Source: Candidatus Thorarchaeota archaeon (GTDB taxonomy: Archaea; Asgardarchaeota; Thorarchaeia; Thorarchaeales; Thorarchaeaceae). From it: a stretch of 64,000 nucleotides of DNA. The stretch covers positions 34,271-98,270 of the forward strand of contig DXJO01000028.1 of assembly GCA_019057475.1 (NCBI GenBank). Reading direction: 5' to 3'. The translations under genes and the position numbers were made by a program. The notes beneath the pieces are model-generated. The model was not told where the DNA came from. It did no database searches and saw only the letters and a list, made by a program, of their open reading frames with translations. This document shows positions 28,435 through 38,705 of this stretch, piece by piece (the stretch's first letter is position 1; every line of letters begins with the position of its first letter).

Positions 28435-30468
28435 CTACGTGCATGAAATCATTGCTTTGGCTAGAATCTCCTGAGCCGATCGTCCCACGAGGATTTCGAA
28501 GTCACCAGGTTCAACCACCCACTCATGTCTATGGATGTCATAGAATGCCAAATCCTCTGCTCTAACAGCAATGGAAGCTGTCTTCTTCTCGCCTGACTTC
28601 AATCGAATCTTTCCAAAACCGACTAGTTCCTTCTGAGGACGCATAACAGAAGATTGGATGTCTCGAGAATACACTTGAACGACCTCAGCACCAGAACGCT
28701 CGCCAGTGTTTACGACTTCCAGATCGACAACGAATGTGTCATCTGTACGCGTGATGGACTTCTTATCCAGATGTATGCTCCCGTATTCGAATGTAGTGTA
28801 CGACATGCCGAAGCCGAAGGGAAATAGAGGGGCAATCTCTTCCTTGTCGAACCATCGGTAACCAACGAAGATTCCCTCATCGTAGTAGACCTTTTTCTCT
28901 TCGTCACCCGGGTAAGTCCTGCTCAAGCCACTGCTATGTGCAGGGGAGTCAGCGAGTTTTCTAGGGAATGTCAACGGGAGTTTCCCAGATGGGTTAACGT
29001 CCCCAAATAGAACGTTGGCAATCGCGCGACCTCCCTCCATTCCCGAATACCATGCTTCCAAGACAACTGGCACGGCTTCTAGCCAATCGTCCATTGCTAT
29101 TGGGCTCCCTGCTATCAGAACAACAATCGTGTTTGGATTAGTAGCTACAGTCCGATTGATCAATGCAATCTGGTTTCCAGGTAGATCCAGTGAAGCCCGA
29201 TCCTGAAACTCTGAATCCCCGCCCTTCCCGTTATCCAGACCTGCAAAGACTATGGCAAGGTCCGCTTGCGAAGCATCAGTAACAATCTTGATTCTACCTT
29301 TGCATTTTTCTTTCATACCAGCTAGGGGCGTTATCTCGAATGGCGGCTTAACTCCTGATGAACCTCCTTTGAGAAATCCGCCGAATTTCTTCTTCAAGTT
29401 GGGTCCGAGGAGCGCTATCTTGTCTATTGCGTCGATGTCGAGTGGTAGGACGCCTCCGTCGTTCTTCAGAAGTACCATTCCTTCTTCAGCTACTCGACGA
29501 GCAAGGTCATGATGTTGAGCGGTGTTTCGAGACCCTTTGGGTTGTGCTTTCGTATCCCCGATTGCCCCCGTCAGCATCATCACACGTAAGTTCCTTCGAG
29601 CTAAGTCGTTCAGAGTTTCATCGGTGAGAATCCCATCGGTGTAGGCTTTCTTCAATAACTTGACCTTGTACTTAATTGGCCATGGCATCTCCAGAGAGAG
29701 TCCCGCTTTGATACATCCCTCAGTAGTCTGGCCTTTTCTTGTTGAGAGCCAGTCTGTCATGACAATGCCTTTGAAGCCCCATTTATCCATTAGCAAGTCA
29801 CGAATCAGGTTCTTGTTTTCACAAGCGTATACGCCGTTGACCTTGTTGAAGGAGGCCATGACCGCCCAAGGGTCTGCTTCTTTGACTACTGCTCTGAAAG
29901 CTCGAAGGTATATCTCATGTAGTGTCCGTTCATCGATTTCGGCACTGCAGCTTCCTCGATCGGTTTCTTGGTTATTGGCGGCGTAGTGTTTGAGGCAGCC
30001 CCCGATGCCCAGGCTTTGGATTCCTTTTACCACGGGAATCGCTATCTCCTTTGTCAAGTACGGATCTTCGCTGAAGTATTCAAAGGTCCTTCCACATAGG
30101 GGTGTTCGGTGAATGTTCATTGCTGGAGCAAGTATCATGTGCCTGCCTATTGCCCGGACTTCCTCTCCCATTGCAGCTCCGACCTCTCCCGCAAGTTTCC
30201 TGTTCCATGTAGCTGCGAGTGATATTGGGGCTGGGAATCTAGTGTTCTTCTTGAGGCCGCTGGAGTGATAGGAGGCACCAAGTGGGCCGTCAGTCATTTT
30301 GAACGAGGGGATGCGCAGACGCTTGATTGGATTGGTGGTGTAGATGCGCCTTCTGCTATGGCTGGCGAGGAGCATAAACTTCTCTTTGGTTGTCAATCGT
30401 GAGAGGAGGTCTGAAATTCTTTCCTCGATGTCCACGTTCTCATCCAGGTATGGTAGATTGCCATTCAT
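28435..30468 (-). CDS. GH3 beta-glucosidase with Fn3-like C-terminus
   Basis: TDGPLG, GRTFEYFSEDP, KHYAAN.QE, VMTDW, NPSGKLP.TF, YDEGIFVGYR. Confidence 0.93.
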   Translation of the reverse strand: MNGNLPYLDENVDIEERISDLLSRLTTKEKFMLLASHSRRRIYTTNPIKRLRIPSFKMTDGPLGASYHSSGLKKNTRFPAPISLAATWNRKLAGEVGAAMGEEVRAIGRHMILAPAMNIHRTPLCGRTFEYFSEDPYLTKEIAIPVVKGIQSLGIGGCLKHYAANNQETDRGSCSAEIDERTLHEIYLRAFRAVVKEADPWAVMASFNKVNGVYACENKNLIRDLLMDKWGFKGIVMTDWLSTRKGQTTEGCIKAGLSLEMPWPIKYKVKLLKKAYTDGILTDETLNDLARRNLRVMMLTGAIGDTKAQPKGSRNTAQHHDLARRVAEEGMVLLKNDGGVLPLDIDAIDKIALLGPNLKKKFGGFLKGGSSGVKPPFEITPLAGMKEKCKGRIKIVTDASQADLAIVFAGLDNGKGGDSEFQDRASLDLPGNQIALINRTVATNPNTIVVLIAGSPIAMDDWLEAVPVVLEAWYSGMEGGRAIANVLFGDVNPSGKLPLTFPRKLADSPAHSSGLSRTYPGDEEKKVYYDEGIFVGYRWFDKEEIAPLFPFGFGMSYTTFEYGSIHLDKKSITRTDDTFVVDLEVVNTGERSGAEVVQVYSRDIQSSVMRPQKELVGFGKIRLKSGEKKTASIAVRAEDLAFYDIHRHEWVVEPGDFEILVGRSAQEILAKAMISCT

Positions 30469-30538
30469 TGCGGATGTTCTCAGGATAGGCCTTCCTAATT
30501 GTCTTTCTTATCAACTGGAGCGGGACTTGATAGCGATA

Positions 30539-31618
30539 TCAGTAATTCCGCTGTGCAAGGAAGTTGGAGATATCTATGAGAAACTCCTTGTACCGTTTAG
30601 TTAGTGGGGGTTCAGCCTTATCCAACGCTCCCTGACCGGATTTGAGAAGGGCCTGCATTCGCTCCTTGCATGCTTCCAAAGCCCCAGACTTACTGAAGAT
30701 GTTCTTCACCTTCTGCACTTCCTCCTCAGTCATTTCCCCTTTTCCAAGAAGATCATCTAGCTCCTTCCTCTGTTCAGGGGTAGCTCTTTCGTATGTTTCA
30801 AAGACTAGGTATGTTTTCTTGCCCTCACGAATGTCTCCAGATGTTGATTTTCCTGTCTTTGTTTCATCTCCAAACGAACCGAGGATGTCATCTTGCACTT
30901 GGAATGCTTGCCCAGCCTTTAATCCGAATTCCTCCAGGGCAGCTAGTTGCGATTTCGTTCCTCGCGCCATCACAGCACCCATCATGAGCGATCTCTCGAA
31001 GAGCACGGCCGTCTTCATTTTGACCATCTGCAAATAAGTTTCAGTGGAGGCATCTGGATTTGTTATCATATTCATCTCAAGCAATACACCGTCAACAAGA
31101 TGCTGGTAGGCGTGTTGGTAATAATGCTGGCATGTCGCATTCACATCCGGGTCGAGCTGTGCAGAGGTGATTGCTGCTGCACCCATGTTGATTAGCGAGT
31201 CACCTCCCAGAATCGCCATGGTCATCCCGACATCATTGGATTCATTCATGTTGTTACTCCTCTCGAAGTGGAGGTCCCTGTATACTGCGTGGAAGGTCTT
31301 GCCACCGCGACGGGTTTCATCGTGGTCGATTAGGTCGTCTTGCAGGAGCGACCCATTGTGCATCATCTCCATCGAACACGCCGCTCGATACAGATTCTCA
31401 ATCTCGACATCTTCCCTAATGGCTTTGTACCCAACAGCCACGAGGATTGGACGCAATCGCTTTCCTCCCCGCGTCATGTACTCCTTGACATTCTCATAGT
31501 ACTTTTTGTGCCACGGACCGAGCTGACTAACTTCCTTTATCCTCTTGTCAAGGTATTCTTGAAGCGCTCGTTCAACATTCTTAGTTTCTTCCTTCAAGAT
31601 GTCCATGTAGTCCGTCAA
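30539..31618 (-). CDS. idsA: Geranylgeranyl diphosphate synthase (polyprenyl synthetase)
   Basis: GGKRLRP, LQDDLID..ETRRG, KTA.LF, FQVQDDILG, DIREGKKT. Confidence 0.9.
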   Translation of the reverse strand: MTDYMDILKEETKNVERALQEYLDKRIKEVSQLGPWHKKYYENVKEYMTRGGKRLRPILVAVGYKAIREDVEIENLYRAACSMEMMHNGSLLQDDLIDHDETRRGGKTFHAVYRDLHFERSNNMNESNDVGMTMAILGGDSLINMGAAAITSAQLDPDVNATCQHYYQHAYQHLVDGVLLEMNMITNPDASTETYLQMVKMKTAVLFERSLMMGAVMARGTKSQLAALEEFGLKAGQAFQVQDDILGSFGDETKTGKSTSGDIREGKKTYLVFETYERATPEQRKELDDLLGKGEMTEEEVQKVKNIFSKSGALEACKERMQALLKSGQGALDKAEPPLTKRYKEFLIDISNFLAQRNY

Positions 31619-31816
31619 AGCTGTTCCTCTCTAAGCGGATGTTCCAGATTCCTCTTTAATAGAGTTACTGAATTGTCGAGTACAACTTCACAAAATGTCG
31701 AACTGAACTCAGTTGCTGGCAGAAATTGGACGTGCTCGAATCCAACATCTGCGGTTTCATCTAAATGTGGTTCAAAGTTACTACTACATTTCCCCTTTTT
31801 GTGCCCATTGTACGCG

Positions 31817-32572
31817 TTACTTCATTCGCTTAACAAGAAAACGGAAATCGTTAGGACCGCGTTCCTCAGAAACTAAGAGTTCCTGACCCGTGGCACGAGC
31901 CCAAGCTGGAATGTCACTCTTACTCCCAGGATCAGTAGTTAGAATTTCTAGCACTTGGTTAATTTTCAAGGCTTTCAACGCCTCTCTTGATTTCAAAATA
32001 GGTATGGGACAGACGAAATTGCGTACATCTAGGGTATGGTGTACTTCGCATTCTTCATCCAAGGGTTGCTTTCCTTCTATTATTTTGGCTCTGCCTTTCA
32101 AAGGTCCAGGTTCAATATCTTCATGAGGATAAATGATATCTTCAGCTGTTGTGGTGGGATACCCGTTTTGACACCACAAATCCATGCCCCCTCGTAAGCT
32201 CTTAGCATCTGTGAAACCTGCTTTGACCAAAATATCAACAGCAACCAAAGATAGTCCCCCTCCCGGACAACAAGTGACTATTTCCTTGTCCTTGAATGAC
32301 TGAAGCCCCTCTAAATTGGATGCTAATTTCGTAATGGAGATTGACCTAGCATTTGGAATATGTCCAGAAGCTCCGCTAAATTCCTGAGCAGATCGAATGT
32401 CAAGTATTAACGGCGGCTGATTAGAATCTATGCGAGCAAGTAAATCATCAACAGTAATTTCGGACCTATCAGATCTTTGCCATATTATCTTGATAACGGT
32501 CTTCCAATGTCTTATCATGCTTTTAGCATAATAACCCATTACGGTAATATTATCTCGATAAGATTTTTTCAT
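31817..32572 (-). CDS. Rhodanese-TusA/SirA fusion sulfurtransferase
   Basis: LDIR..EF..GHIPNA, CCPGGGLS, L.GGM..W; C-terminal LDVRNFVCPIP...TDPGS..DIPAW. Confidence 0.85.
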   Translation of the reverse strand: MKKSYRDNITVMGYYAKSMIRHWKTVIKIIWQRSDRSEITVDDLLARIDSNQPPLILDIRSAQEFSGASGHIPNARSISITKLASNLEGLQSFKDKEIVTCCPGGGLSLVAVDILVKAGFTDAKSLRGGMDLWCQNGYPTTTAEDIIYPHEDIEPGPLKGRAKIIEGKQPLDEECEVHHTLDVRNFVCPIPILKSREALKALKINQVLEILTTDPGSKSDIPAWARATGQELLVSEERGPNDFRFLVKRMK

Positions 32573-32579
32573 TTCTATT

Positions 32580-32762
32580 TCACCAATTCCAAATTCGGTA
32601 CTGGATTACGGTTTCCATCCTTCGCATTTCACAGTCCCCTGCTGATACTGCTGTCGCATGAACTTCTACCAGAACTTCATTTTCCTTGGGTGTAAATTTT
32701 CCTACGTCTTTTAATTCAAGAACATCCGGTGATCCGTATTTTGTGCATACAATCGCTTTCAT
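32580..32762 (-). pseudogene. 5' fragment of an MDR (NAD(P)-dependent ADH/quinone reductase-like) paralogue
   Basis: First ~48 aa (MKAIVCTKYGSPDVL...SAGDCEMR) match the neighbouring full paralogues, then diverge. Confidence 0.8.
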
Positions 32763-32797
32763 GAGTATTCCATCACTTAATCACGGATTGGTCTCAT

Positions 32798-33730
32798 CTA
32801 ATTATGATCCACAGTTATTACGACGCATCCTTTCTTGCGCCCCGTTTCGACATATGTGTGAGCCTCGGGAATTTGTTCAAATGGATAGGTTCTATCTATG
32901 ACTGATTTTATCTTTCCAGCCTCCATGAGCTCTTTGAGAAAGATAAGATATTCAATGTATTCGTGGCTTTTGCCCATACTACCAGAATCTTTGTTAACGT
33001 TAAGATAGATTCCTTTATCCTTTAGTGATACTTTTCTTTGTGAGGACGCCATCTTATCTACCGCGTCAAAAACAATGTCATAGGTTTCCCCGTTTTGGGT
33101 AAAGTCCTCTTGAGTGTAGTCTATTACCTTATCCGCCCCTAGCTCTTTTACCCATTTCAAATTCTTTGTACTGCATACACCGGTGACTTCTGCTCCAAGG
33201 TGCTTGGCAATCTGAACAGCGTATGTGCCCACATTCCCAGAGGCTCCATAGATCAGAACCTTTTGTCCAGGCTGGATGTTTCCTTTTTTGAGAATCTTAG
33301 CTGCCGTAATTCCTCCTCCAAGAACTGGGACAGCTTCCTCGTAAGACATTTTCTCTGGTATTATTGCTAGCATTCCGTCTTCAGGTATACATTTGTATTG
33401 AGCGTAACCTCCAAGACCAGCCCACAAGGTAGATGCGAATACTTGATCACCAACCTTGAATTTCGTTACATCTGCACCTACTGCTTCAACTTCCCCAGCT
33501 AGCTCCATTCCTAGAACATCTTTCTTTGGTTTTCTAAAACCTAAAAACAATCGCGCGATGAGCCATTGTGAGCGAGGGACATCGAAACTTCGCATTCTCA
33601 CATCCCCAAATGATACCGTTGTCGCATGAATTTTGATTAAAACGTCATTGACCTTGGGGGTTGGCTTTTCTATCTCTCGGAGCTGAAGAACTTCTGGTGG
33701 TCCGTATTTTGTGGTTACCATTGCTTTCAT
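32798..33730 (-). CDS. NAD(P)-dependent MDR oxidoreductase (Zn-independent ADH/quinone reductase-like)
   Basis: [37 protein letters not shown]. Confidence 0.9.
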   Translation of the reverse strand: MKAMVTTKYGPPEVLQLREIEKPTPKVNDVLIKIHATTVSFGDVRMRSFDVPRSQWLIARLFLGFRKPKKDVLGMELAGEVEAVGADVTKFKVGDQVFASTLWAGLGGYAQYKCIPEDGMLAIIPEKMSYEEAVPVLGGGITAAKILKKGNIQPGQKVLIYGASGNVGTYAVQIAKHLGAEVTGVCSTKNLKWVKELGADKVIDYTQEDFTQNGETYDIVFDAVDKMASSQRKVSLKDKGIYLNVNKDSGSMGKSHEYIEYLIFLKELMEAGKIKSVIDRTYPFEQIPEAHTYVETGRKKGCVVITVDHN

Positions 33731-33796
33731 TTGCGTATCCTTCCTAACCTTTGAGGGTATATCTTATCTCATTTATATTTGTCAGTGGAAAGGGAG

Positions 33797-33822
33797 GAAG
33801 TGGTTGTTTCCAATTCCTCCCT
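33797..33822. terminator. Stem-loop downstream of DUF4386 gene
   Basis: GGGAGGAA...TTCCTCCC inverted repeat spanning about 33791-33821. Confidence 0.35.
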
Positions 33823-33845
33823 CCTGTCACGTAGAACGATAGCTT

Positions 33846-34532
33846 CTACGTGGATTGGGAAGCGTTCGCTGATGTGTTGACTCCCTTAACTATCAGCCAT
33901 ATCGCTATGAATAATTCATTCGCGACCATTGGAAGAGCTAAGAGGAACATAACTACTCCTAGATTAATGCCGAGATATATCAACGCATTAAAGACCGTAA
34001 TCAAAAGAACTGCAATGATTCCCCAAAGTGATATGAATCGTGGAACGAGTTCTGATCGGAGCAATAAGACATAGAATATCATAGCGCCTAAGATTAAGAA
34101 CACCGTAAGCATCTCCATGTTCCAATGTCGCTCTGCCAGAACTAAGGCGCCTAATGCATCAAAATAGGAATCAGCTGGAGAGCCTGCTTGAATGTATGCA
34201 TGACTAATTTCGATAAGTGATGCTGCCTTGAGGCTACCTATTATTGAAAAGAGCCCCTCAACAGTCCTGAAAACAAGAAATCCCAGGGCTAGATTTTCAT
34301 CATACTGTTTTAGGATTGGATACAGCATAACTGCAATACCAATAACGGCAATACCATTAACTGACTCAATGAGCACACCTATGCCCACTAGAGTTGCATT
34401 TGGATAAACAATAGCAAGATAATCTGGAGCATCTAGGATAGTTGATAATAAGAGTGCACCTAGAATAAGACCTAGGTAACTTATTAGAAATGATGCTCCC
34501 GCGATTTTTGCGGCCATTCTTTCTGAAGTCAT
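33846..34532 (-). CDS. DUF4386-like membrane protein
   Basis: Multi-TM; LYPILK, R.VEG, LVPRFISLWG, ELFIAIWLIVKG. Confidence 0.75.
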   Translation of the reverse strand: MTSERMAAKIAGASFLISYLGLILGALLLSTILDAPDYLAIVYPNATLVGIGVLIESVNGIAVIGIAVMLYPILKQYDENLALGFLVFRTVEGLFSIIGSLKAASLIEISHAYIQAGSPADSYFDALGALVLAERHWNMEMLTVFLILGAMIFYVLLLRSELVPRFISLWGIIAVLLITVFNALIYLGINLGVVMFLLALPMVANELFIAIWLIVKGVNTSANASQST

Positions 34533-34671
34533 TGTGATCTCTCTCTTTACGGGTTACACATTGTAACCTTCTCACATCACCCATTCAGACTGTATGATAA
34601 GCATTATGCTTTTTTTGAGCAACTTATGCAAGATTGAACTCATCTAATTGTGGTCTAAATTTGGGACTCCA

Positions 34672-35076
34672 TTAGGTTTCTCTGTTAACTTTGATAGCAA
34701 ATACGAGTGTTAGTAGGGGGAATAGGTAGTTTAACAAAGTGGCCCACCAATTCGCAAATGGGTCATGCAAGCTTGGGTCTATTGTTGTTTGAGCTAAATA
34801 CACGACAATGTAAATAGATTGCATTATGATGAGAACAACGGATAGCACCATTAAGCCGGTAACTCCATGTCTTTTACCCAATAGGAACAATGCTGTGAAG
34901 ATGCCTATGAGGACATATATCAGTAAGATTGTCAATGCGCTTTCAGGATCAAGAAATTCGTAAAGATCCTTTCCTATCAAAAACCCACCAAAGAGCAAAC
35001 GGAAGAGCTGTGTTACAACTAAAGCTATACCATTTCCTGTGAGTCCCTCCGTTTGCCTGATTTTGTTTACGGTCAT
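34672..35076 (-). CDS. 4-TM hypothetical membrane protein
   Basis: Four hydrophobic helices; SD GAGGTGG upstream. Confidence 0.7.
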   Translation of the reverse strand: MTVNKIRQTEGLTGNGIALVVTQLFRLLFGGFLIGKDLYEFLDPESALTILLIYVLIGIFTALFLLGKRHGVTGLMVLSVVLIIMQSIYIVVYLAQTTIDPSLHDPFANWWATLLNYLFPLLTLVFAIKVNRET

Positions 35077-35092
35077 TATTCCACCTCATTAG

Positions 35093-35152
35093 TTACTGGT
35101 CAACCACCGTTATGACTACATCTCCTTTCTTGTGGCCTTTGTCAACATAAGC
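35093..35152 (-). pseudogene. 3' fragment of an MDR paralogue
   Basis: Translates [19 protein letters not shown], matching [19 protein letters not shown] of 36828..37805. Confidence 0.8.
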
Positions 35153-35291
35153 TAGTCGTTTTTTTGTTCCAAAAGGATAGACCAAAGATTTGTTTTACTC
35201 TGCCTACTTTGGCCCTCTAACATAGGCTCCTTATTCTCAACTACAATCGATTTTTTCAGAACTCTCTTGCTCTCTTGAATCCCTTTGAACC

Positions 35292-35645
35292 TCACCTGAA
35301 GTGATCTCTGGTACCGGGCGTTAGCAAGTATATCACAATGATAATACTGACAACCAGCGTTGTAAGGCCAGCGATGGGATCCATGATTCCGACTAAGATT
35401 CCTACAATGCTAAATATCAGAGACCCTAACCAGGCCCAGGACTTGAGTGTCCATAGACCATAGAAGAGGATCAAACCAATTATTCCCAAACTAAAAACAA
35501 TTAGTGAAACCCAGGCGCCAAAAATAGCGAGGATACCCAATGGGATTAGGTCCATAAGCACCAAAACACCAGCAAATAGGTCTGATAATGCACTCAGTAG
35601 CTGCAGAATCGCTAGGATTGTGATTCCAGTTGGTCTTTCAGACAT
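35292..35645 (-). CDS. Small membrane protein (RPTGITILAIL family)
   Basis: MSERPTGITILAIL, GLWTLKSWAW, YLLTPGTRDHF; SD GGAGG. Confidence 0.75.
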   Translation of the reverse strand: MSERPTGITILAILQLLSALSDLFAGVLVLMDLIPLGILAIFGAWVSLIVFSLGIIGLILFYGLWTLKSWAWLGSLIFSIVGILVGIMDPIAGLTTLVVSIIIVIYLLTPGTRDHFR

Positions 35646-35703
35646 GTTGATATTCCTCCAAACACAACGCATGTTGTGGATTCTGTTATTGCCATCAGCG
35701 TTT

Positions 35704-36255
35704 CTAATAAGGAGTACTTTCATTGTTCGCAACTGCAATCAATCTTTTCGCGCGCGCCTTGCGAACGAACACGCGCAATATCGCTGAAAAAACTGCCAAA
35801 ACCAGATGCAATATGATTCCCAGCACCATCAACACTCGAGCGATGTCGTTGGAAATCCACTGCACTAAAAATCTGAGGAAATCCGGCAACACGTCTGCAA
35901 CATAAGCAAAGTCAAAGGGAAAGACCACAAAGAGCCAAGCAATGCTGACAGTGACAAAAAAAAGTCCAGGAATGTCAAAGTCGCGAGAAAGGTTTTTGCA
36001 GCTAAATAGCATCAAGGCAGATGTAACAATCCAGTAAATCAGAGAACCATAAAGCAGAAGCATCTCCAACGTGCCGAATGTTGCAGTGAATAAACCTGTT
36101 GACCATGTCTGATGGGCAACGAAGTACAATCCAATCAAGACGCCAAACACAACTATAGCGATGGACGCGACACGCTCGTCATACGGGATGTCATCTTCCA
36201 CGTCTTCCTCTACGAGTTTAGAAAACCAGCTCTTAATCCCTTTGGTTTTGTTCAA
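35704..36255 (-). CDS. Hypothetical membrane protein
   Basis: Four hydrophobic segments. Confidence 0.7.
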   Translation of the reverse strand: MNKTKGIKSWFSKLVEEDVEDDIPYDERVASIAIVVFGVLIGLYFVAHQTWSTGLFTATFGTLEMLLLYGSLIYWIVTSALMLFSCKNLSRDFDIPGLFFVTVSIAWLFVVFPFDFAYVADVLPDFLRFLVQWISNDIARVLMVLGIILHLVLAVFSAILRVFVRKARAKRLIAVANNESTPY

Positions 36256-36292
36256 CCTGTTTTCTCCTTAGCGAATGCGTGTCCCAAATGTG

Positions 36293-36766
36293 TCAATCAT
36301 TCAAGATAATAGTTTTCAGTTTCTGAGCAAACTCTTCTGCATGTTTGAGGTCTTCAGCATTTGGTCTGCCCTTATTCATTCCCCCGAGATATTTCATGAA
36401 ACTATTAGTGTTAAAACCTTTACAAGCAAATTCATCAACAATCATGTAACCTTTGGATTGCAGTTTTTCCCTAAGCGTCGAGTGATCTTCAGCAACTTTT
36501 TTTTCTCCAAGCATAGCACTAGTTGAGAAAATGAATGCTTTCCTGTTGGTGACTTGTGGTAGTTCATCGGCAAGGTCAAGCAGAGATTTATGGTGTTTAT
36601 CACCGTATATCCCTGAGCCAAAGCCTACTAGACTATACTCCTGAAGCTCCTCAGGGTCTATTTGCCGTGGTGTTTTGATTTGTGCATTAAGAACTTTTGC
36701 GATGACCTTAGCGATTTTCTCAGTATTCTTGTGATGATATGAAAACAAGACCAATAGAGATTTCAT
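36293..36766 (-). CDS. Flavodoxin family protein
   Basis: SYHHKNTEKIA, GFGSGIY, AFIFSTS, KGRPNAEDL..AEEFA. Confidence 0.88.
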   Translation of the reverse strand: MKSLLVLFSYHHKNTEKIAKVIAKVLNAQIKTPRQIDPEELQEYSLVGFGSGIYGDKHHKSLLDLADELPQVTNRKAFIFSTSAMLGEKKVAEDHSTLREKLQSKGYMIVDEFACKGFNTNSFMKYLGGMNKGRPNAEDLKHAEEFAQKLKTIILND

Positions 36767-36827
36767 TGGAGTCGTAAGATTAATGGCCCGGCATGCATAT
36801 TAATTTTCATAATTCGAGGGAATAGTG

Positions 36828-37805
36828 ATGAAAGCGATTGTTTATTCAAAATACGGGCCACCAGATGTTCTTCAGCTCAAAGAGGTAGAAAAGCCAACTC
36901 CTAAGGATAATGAAGTACTGGTAAGAGTATTTGCAACAACAGTATCATCAGGGGATATACGAATGCGAAGTTTCGATGTCCCTCGCTCTTACTGGCTCTT
37001 CGCGCGAATGAGTCTTGGTTTTAGAAAACCAAAGCAGCCTATACTGGGTATGGATCTAGCTGGGGAAGTTGAAGCAGTAGGCAAAGATGTAACGCTGTTT
37101 AAGAAGGGTGACCAAGTTTTTGCATCTGCTGGTTTTGGAATGGGTGCTTATGCCGAGTACAAATGTCTGCCTGAAGAAGGAGGGGTGGCAATAAAACCAA
37201 CCAATATGACCTATGAGGAAGCCGCCGCTGTTCCTTTTGGAGGACTTACAGCATTGTATTTTCTTAGAAAAGGAAATATCCAGAGCGGACAAACAGTTCT
37301 AATCTATGGCGCTTCTGGTAGTGTAGGTACTTTTGCTGTACAGCTGGCTAAGCACTTCGGGGCAGAAGTTACCGGGGTATGTAGTACCACAAATCTAGAA
37401 ATGGTGAAAGATCTGGGAGCCGACAAGGTCATTGATTACACTCAGGAAGATTTCACCAAAAGCGGTGAGACCTATGATGTTATTTTTGACGTGGTAGGCA
37501 AAAGGTCATTTTCAGATTGCATAAGATCGCTAAAGGAAAATGGAATCTACCTTGATGCTGTTGCCTCGCCGTCACGAAGTGTTCGAGCGCGTTGGACTGC
37601 AATGAGAAGCAGCAAGAAAGTAGTAGGTGGGACAGCAACTGATAACGCTGAAGATCTAATTTTCCTTAAGGAGCTCATTGAGGCGGGAAAGATGAAATCG
37701 GTCATAGATAGACGCTATCCCTTGGAACAAATTGCCAAGGCTCATACCTATGTTGACAAAGGGCACAAGAAAGGAAACGTAGTAATGACTTTGGACCATC
37801 TCTAA
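36828..37805 (+). CDS. NAD(P)-dependent MDR oxidoreductase paralogue
   Basis: Same motifs as 32798..33730. Confidence 0.9.
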   Translation: MKAIVYSKYGPPDVLQLKEVEKPTPKDNEVLVRVFATTVSSGDIRMRSFDVPRSYWLFARMSLGFRKPKQPILGMDLAGEVEAVGKDVTLFKKGDQVFASAGFGMGAYAEYKCLPEEGGVAIKPTNMTYEEAAAVPFGGLTALYFLRKGNIQSGQTVLIYGASGSVGTFAVQLAKHFGAEVTGVCSTTNLEMVKDLGADKVIDYTQEDFTKSGETYDVIFDVVGKRSFSDCIRSLKENGIYLDAVASPSRSVRARWTAMRSSKKVVGGTATDNAEDLIFLKELIEAGKMKSVIDRRYPLEQIAKAHTYVDKGHKKGNVVMTLDHL

Positions 37806-37950
37806 ATGAAATCAATCCGTGAATAAGTAAGGATCTTCTCTTCAGGATGACCAAAGTCTGTCAAGGAATCCTCCGTCTGAACTTAGAAATCAATGCAAAT
37901 TCAAGGATAGTATTAGCTTTCTTACCTCTACCTTTTGGAGAAAGAAATGG

Positions 37951-37980
37951 GGTGAGAGGGGCTTGTGCCTCCTCTCATCC
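37951..37980. terminator. Stem-loop between convergent genes
   Basis: GGGTGAGAGGGG...CTCCTCTCATCC. Confidence 0.4.
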
Positions 37981-37995
37981 TCGCCCACTATTGTG

Positions 37996-38391
37996 CTATC
38001 CTTCCTGTTTCATGTATGAGTAAATGCCAAGTATCAGAAGTATGGGCATTATGATAAGGTCCATGATATGCATGTTAATTGCTTCAGCAGAGAGTGATGA
38101 ATATAGCATGACAGTCACTGCACCTTCCATGATTATTGTACTCAAAATCAAAGAATACAGAACCAGATACGCCAATTTGACATGCTCCCAATCCTTTTTG
38201 AAAACTATTAGAAACGTGTAAATTGTAATTACTAATAGTACGCCACCAAACAATCTGGATTGGAACGGATCATTGAACCCGGTCATAGCTACTACCATAT
38301 CAAAAAGGAAAACAGCAAGAACGCCATATAGCAAACAAACAATTCCGTACGCCAAAAGGGAAATCTTTGTGATTTTTAGAATTTCGGTCAT
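37996..38391 (-). CDS. 4-TM small membrane protein (related to 60255 and 63279 ORFs)
   Basis: SRLFGG...KDWEHVK pattern shared with the two paralogues. Confidence 0.7.
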   Translation of the reverse strand: MTEILKITKISLLAYGIVCLLYGVLAVFLFDMVVAMTGFNDPFQSRLFGGVLLVITIYTFLIVFKKDWEHVKLAYLVLYSLILSTIIMEGAVTVMLYSSLSAEAINMHIMDLIIMPILLILGIYSYMKQEG

Positions 38392-38705
38392 TCTCTCAAT
38401 TCAACTCCTTCTTTAGTCATATATCAGATGTTAATACCAATATGTTGTTTAATCATATTGATGTTATATAGTGGGCTCTTCTATGATATAAATCCGTTCT
38501 AATCCGATTAGAAACTGCTACCAATCCTTGCTATAGCGCCCCCCAGTGGCGTTTGAGTGTCACACGTGTAATTACAATGATGAGTGAATGAAATGAAGAT
38601 GGAGATATCCCTGAGGAAAGAATGGGCTGTCATCATTACTATGGCAAGTATTCGTGTGCAAACTTAGATAAGGAATTTACATGATATCTGTGGCGGCCGC
38701 AACCA

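Noticed and set aside
34599-34611. Palindrome AAGCATTATGCTT upstream of the DUF4386-like gene (also TTTATGTC-GG-GACATAAA near 58413)
   Set aside because: Single short palindromes with no adjacent regulator; compatible with chance
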